Origin: Balanoglossus misakiensis
Lineage: Eukaryota; Animalia; Hemichordata
Reading direction: 5' to 3'
NCBI GenBank assembly: GCA_040954595.2
Contig: CM082583.2
Coordinates: forward strand, 2,118,925 to 2,182,924
Length of the DNA: 64,000 nt
The notes under the pieces are model-generated. The model did no database searches. It saw only the letters and a list, made by a program, of their open reading frames with translations, and had not been told where the DNA came from. Positions 62,668 to 64,000 of the stretch are shown piece after piece; within the stretch, counting starts at the first letter, position 1; the number at the start of each line of letters is the position of its first letter. A program made the position numbers and the translations under genes.

Positions 62668-64000
62668 TTTTAGGTCCCATTGGTATTTACATATAATCCC
62701 ATGATATCTTTCTTTGTTTGACGTCATCGTATACGAGTGGTTTTCGCAGAGCTGTGCAACTTCGAGCCGCAGGCGAGAAGTTGTACGCTTCCGCGAAAAC
62801 CACGAGTATACGATGACGTTAAACAAAGAAAGATATCATGGGATTGTATATTTATCACATGAACAGTCTTCTTATTTTTCGTTAGAAGAGGCAGGACTAA
62901 AAAAATTCAGTATCTTGCAACAATTTTGGAGCGGCGTCATATTTTACTGAGCAGGATTATTTCCCCCAGGAGATATATGTTGGGTGATTTTATGAATGAT
63001 CAGCGATAGTCCATCATTTGCATATACGTTGAGTTCCGTTCGCTCGAAGTTCGGCCTTACACAAATGTAATCGATTCTCTAACAATTTTACTGCAACCTG
63101 TTGCCACGTTGACCGGTGGAATAGAGAGGTTCAGTCGTCACGCTGAACTGGCTCGAAACAATTCCCCACGCTGATTCGACTCGGAACGTACCGGACTTGC
63201 GCCTAGACTAGGCTATGTGTACCTGACCCAAAACTTTGACAGCCACGATCGTCTATGATCGTTGCGTCGACTGTCTTCTTTCCAAATTCCACCTTTCTGT
63301 TTTGAGCTTACAAAGCGATATTGTCATGGAACCGTCATTTTTTTATTTCATTTCTGTATTGTAAATGCCGCGCGCTACACATACTGTTTCTGTTTGACAA
63401 CAAAGCTACGGCGAATCGGTGGAAATAGTTCCGGTTGATGACGTAACACAGGGGTGATCTGGATTTTTGATCTGTCCTGGTCTACGTCACACAGGTGGCG
63501 ATCAGGGCCAGTTCATGTGATAAAGGCATATACACCATGGGACCTTTATGGGATCGGTTGCGTCTGTATGTATGGATGGATGGATGGATGGATGTATGTC
63601 TGAATGTCCGTCCACATCACAAACATGAAAACCGCTGCGCATATGACCTCGATATTTGGTGTGTAGATGAAGGCAGGGCTGTAGATGGGAGTTTGTTCAA
63701 ATGAAGTTGTCATTGCCAAAAATATGCAAATTAACTGGGGAAAATGTGAAATTGGTAAAAACTCGACAACCACTGGTCATATCGATTTGAAAATTGGTAT
63801 GCATGTACATGTACCTTATGTCAACCTCATACAGTCCTGTATGTTTTGAGCTAATATTATTGATTTCCTATTTTTTATGCATTTTTTTGTATTTTTCTAT
63901 GTTATTGGTAAAAAGTCTTCATTTCTGAAAGTGATTTCAAAATCTGTTAGGCCGATCAACTCCAACTTTGGTGTGTAGCTAGCCTAGCATTTGATAATCA
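62668..64000 (+). mobile_element. HINE/DINE-1-like element interrupted in its 5' hairpin loop by element H4
   Basis: ttttaggtcccattggtat..[insert]..accatgggacc followed by (GTAT)(GGAT) repeats; homologous to 53650-55140. Confidence 0.65.
62691..63524 (+). mobile_element. Long-hairpin element H4: ~160-bp terminal hairpin plus 14-bp IR-bounded body
   Basis: Hairpin 62691-62850 with apex cgagccgcaggcgag; IR tttatcacatgaac (62851-62864) / gttcatgtgataaa (63511-63524). Confidence 0.8.

Overview
Eukaryotic, repeat-dense genomic window. A marine invertebrate, probably a deuterostome, is inferred from gene and TE content and is not proven. It is a mosaic of decayed gene fragments with introns still present: the last two exons of a PCSK9-like gene, two partial copies of a large FN3-like repeat gene, a GPR161/GPR101-like GPCR pseudogene and a 5'-truncated SLC22 transporter. 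It also holds the first coding exons of an SLC16/MCT transporter, one intact and one deleted tRNA-Asp(GTC), a CR1/L2-type LINE, a split DIRS-type tyrosine recombinase, and many nested non-autonomous DNA transposons with readable TSDs (TAA/TTG, TTAA, 7, 9 and 10 bp). Three observations stand out. (1) Four ~150-bp hairpin elements have unrelated stems but share a strand-specific apex (tandem GA/GA plus a GNA/GNNA loop), and the three with a comparable empty site show no TSD. (2) A 19-copy 151-bp satellite has units that are each a complete exon plus intron, inside an apparent multi-exon transcript. (3) 1.3-kb inverted repeats carrying tRNA-Asp bracket the SLC22 fragment. All calls come from manual reading; no database searches were run.
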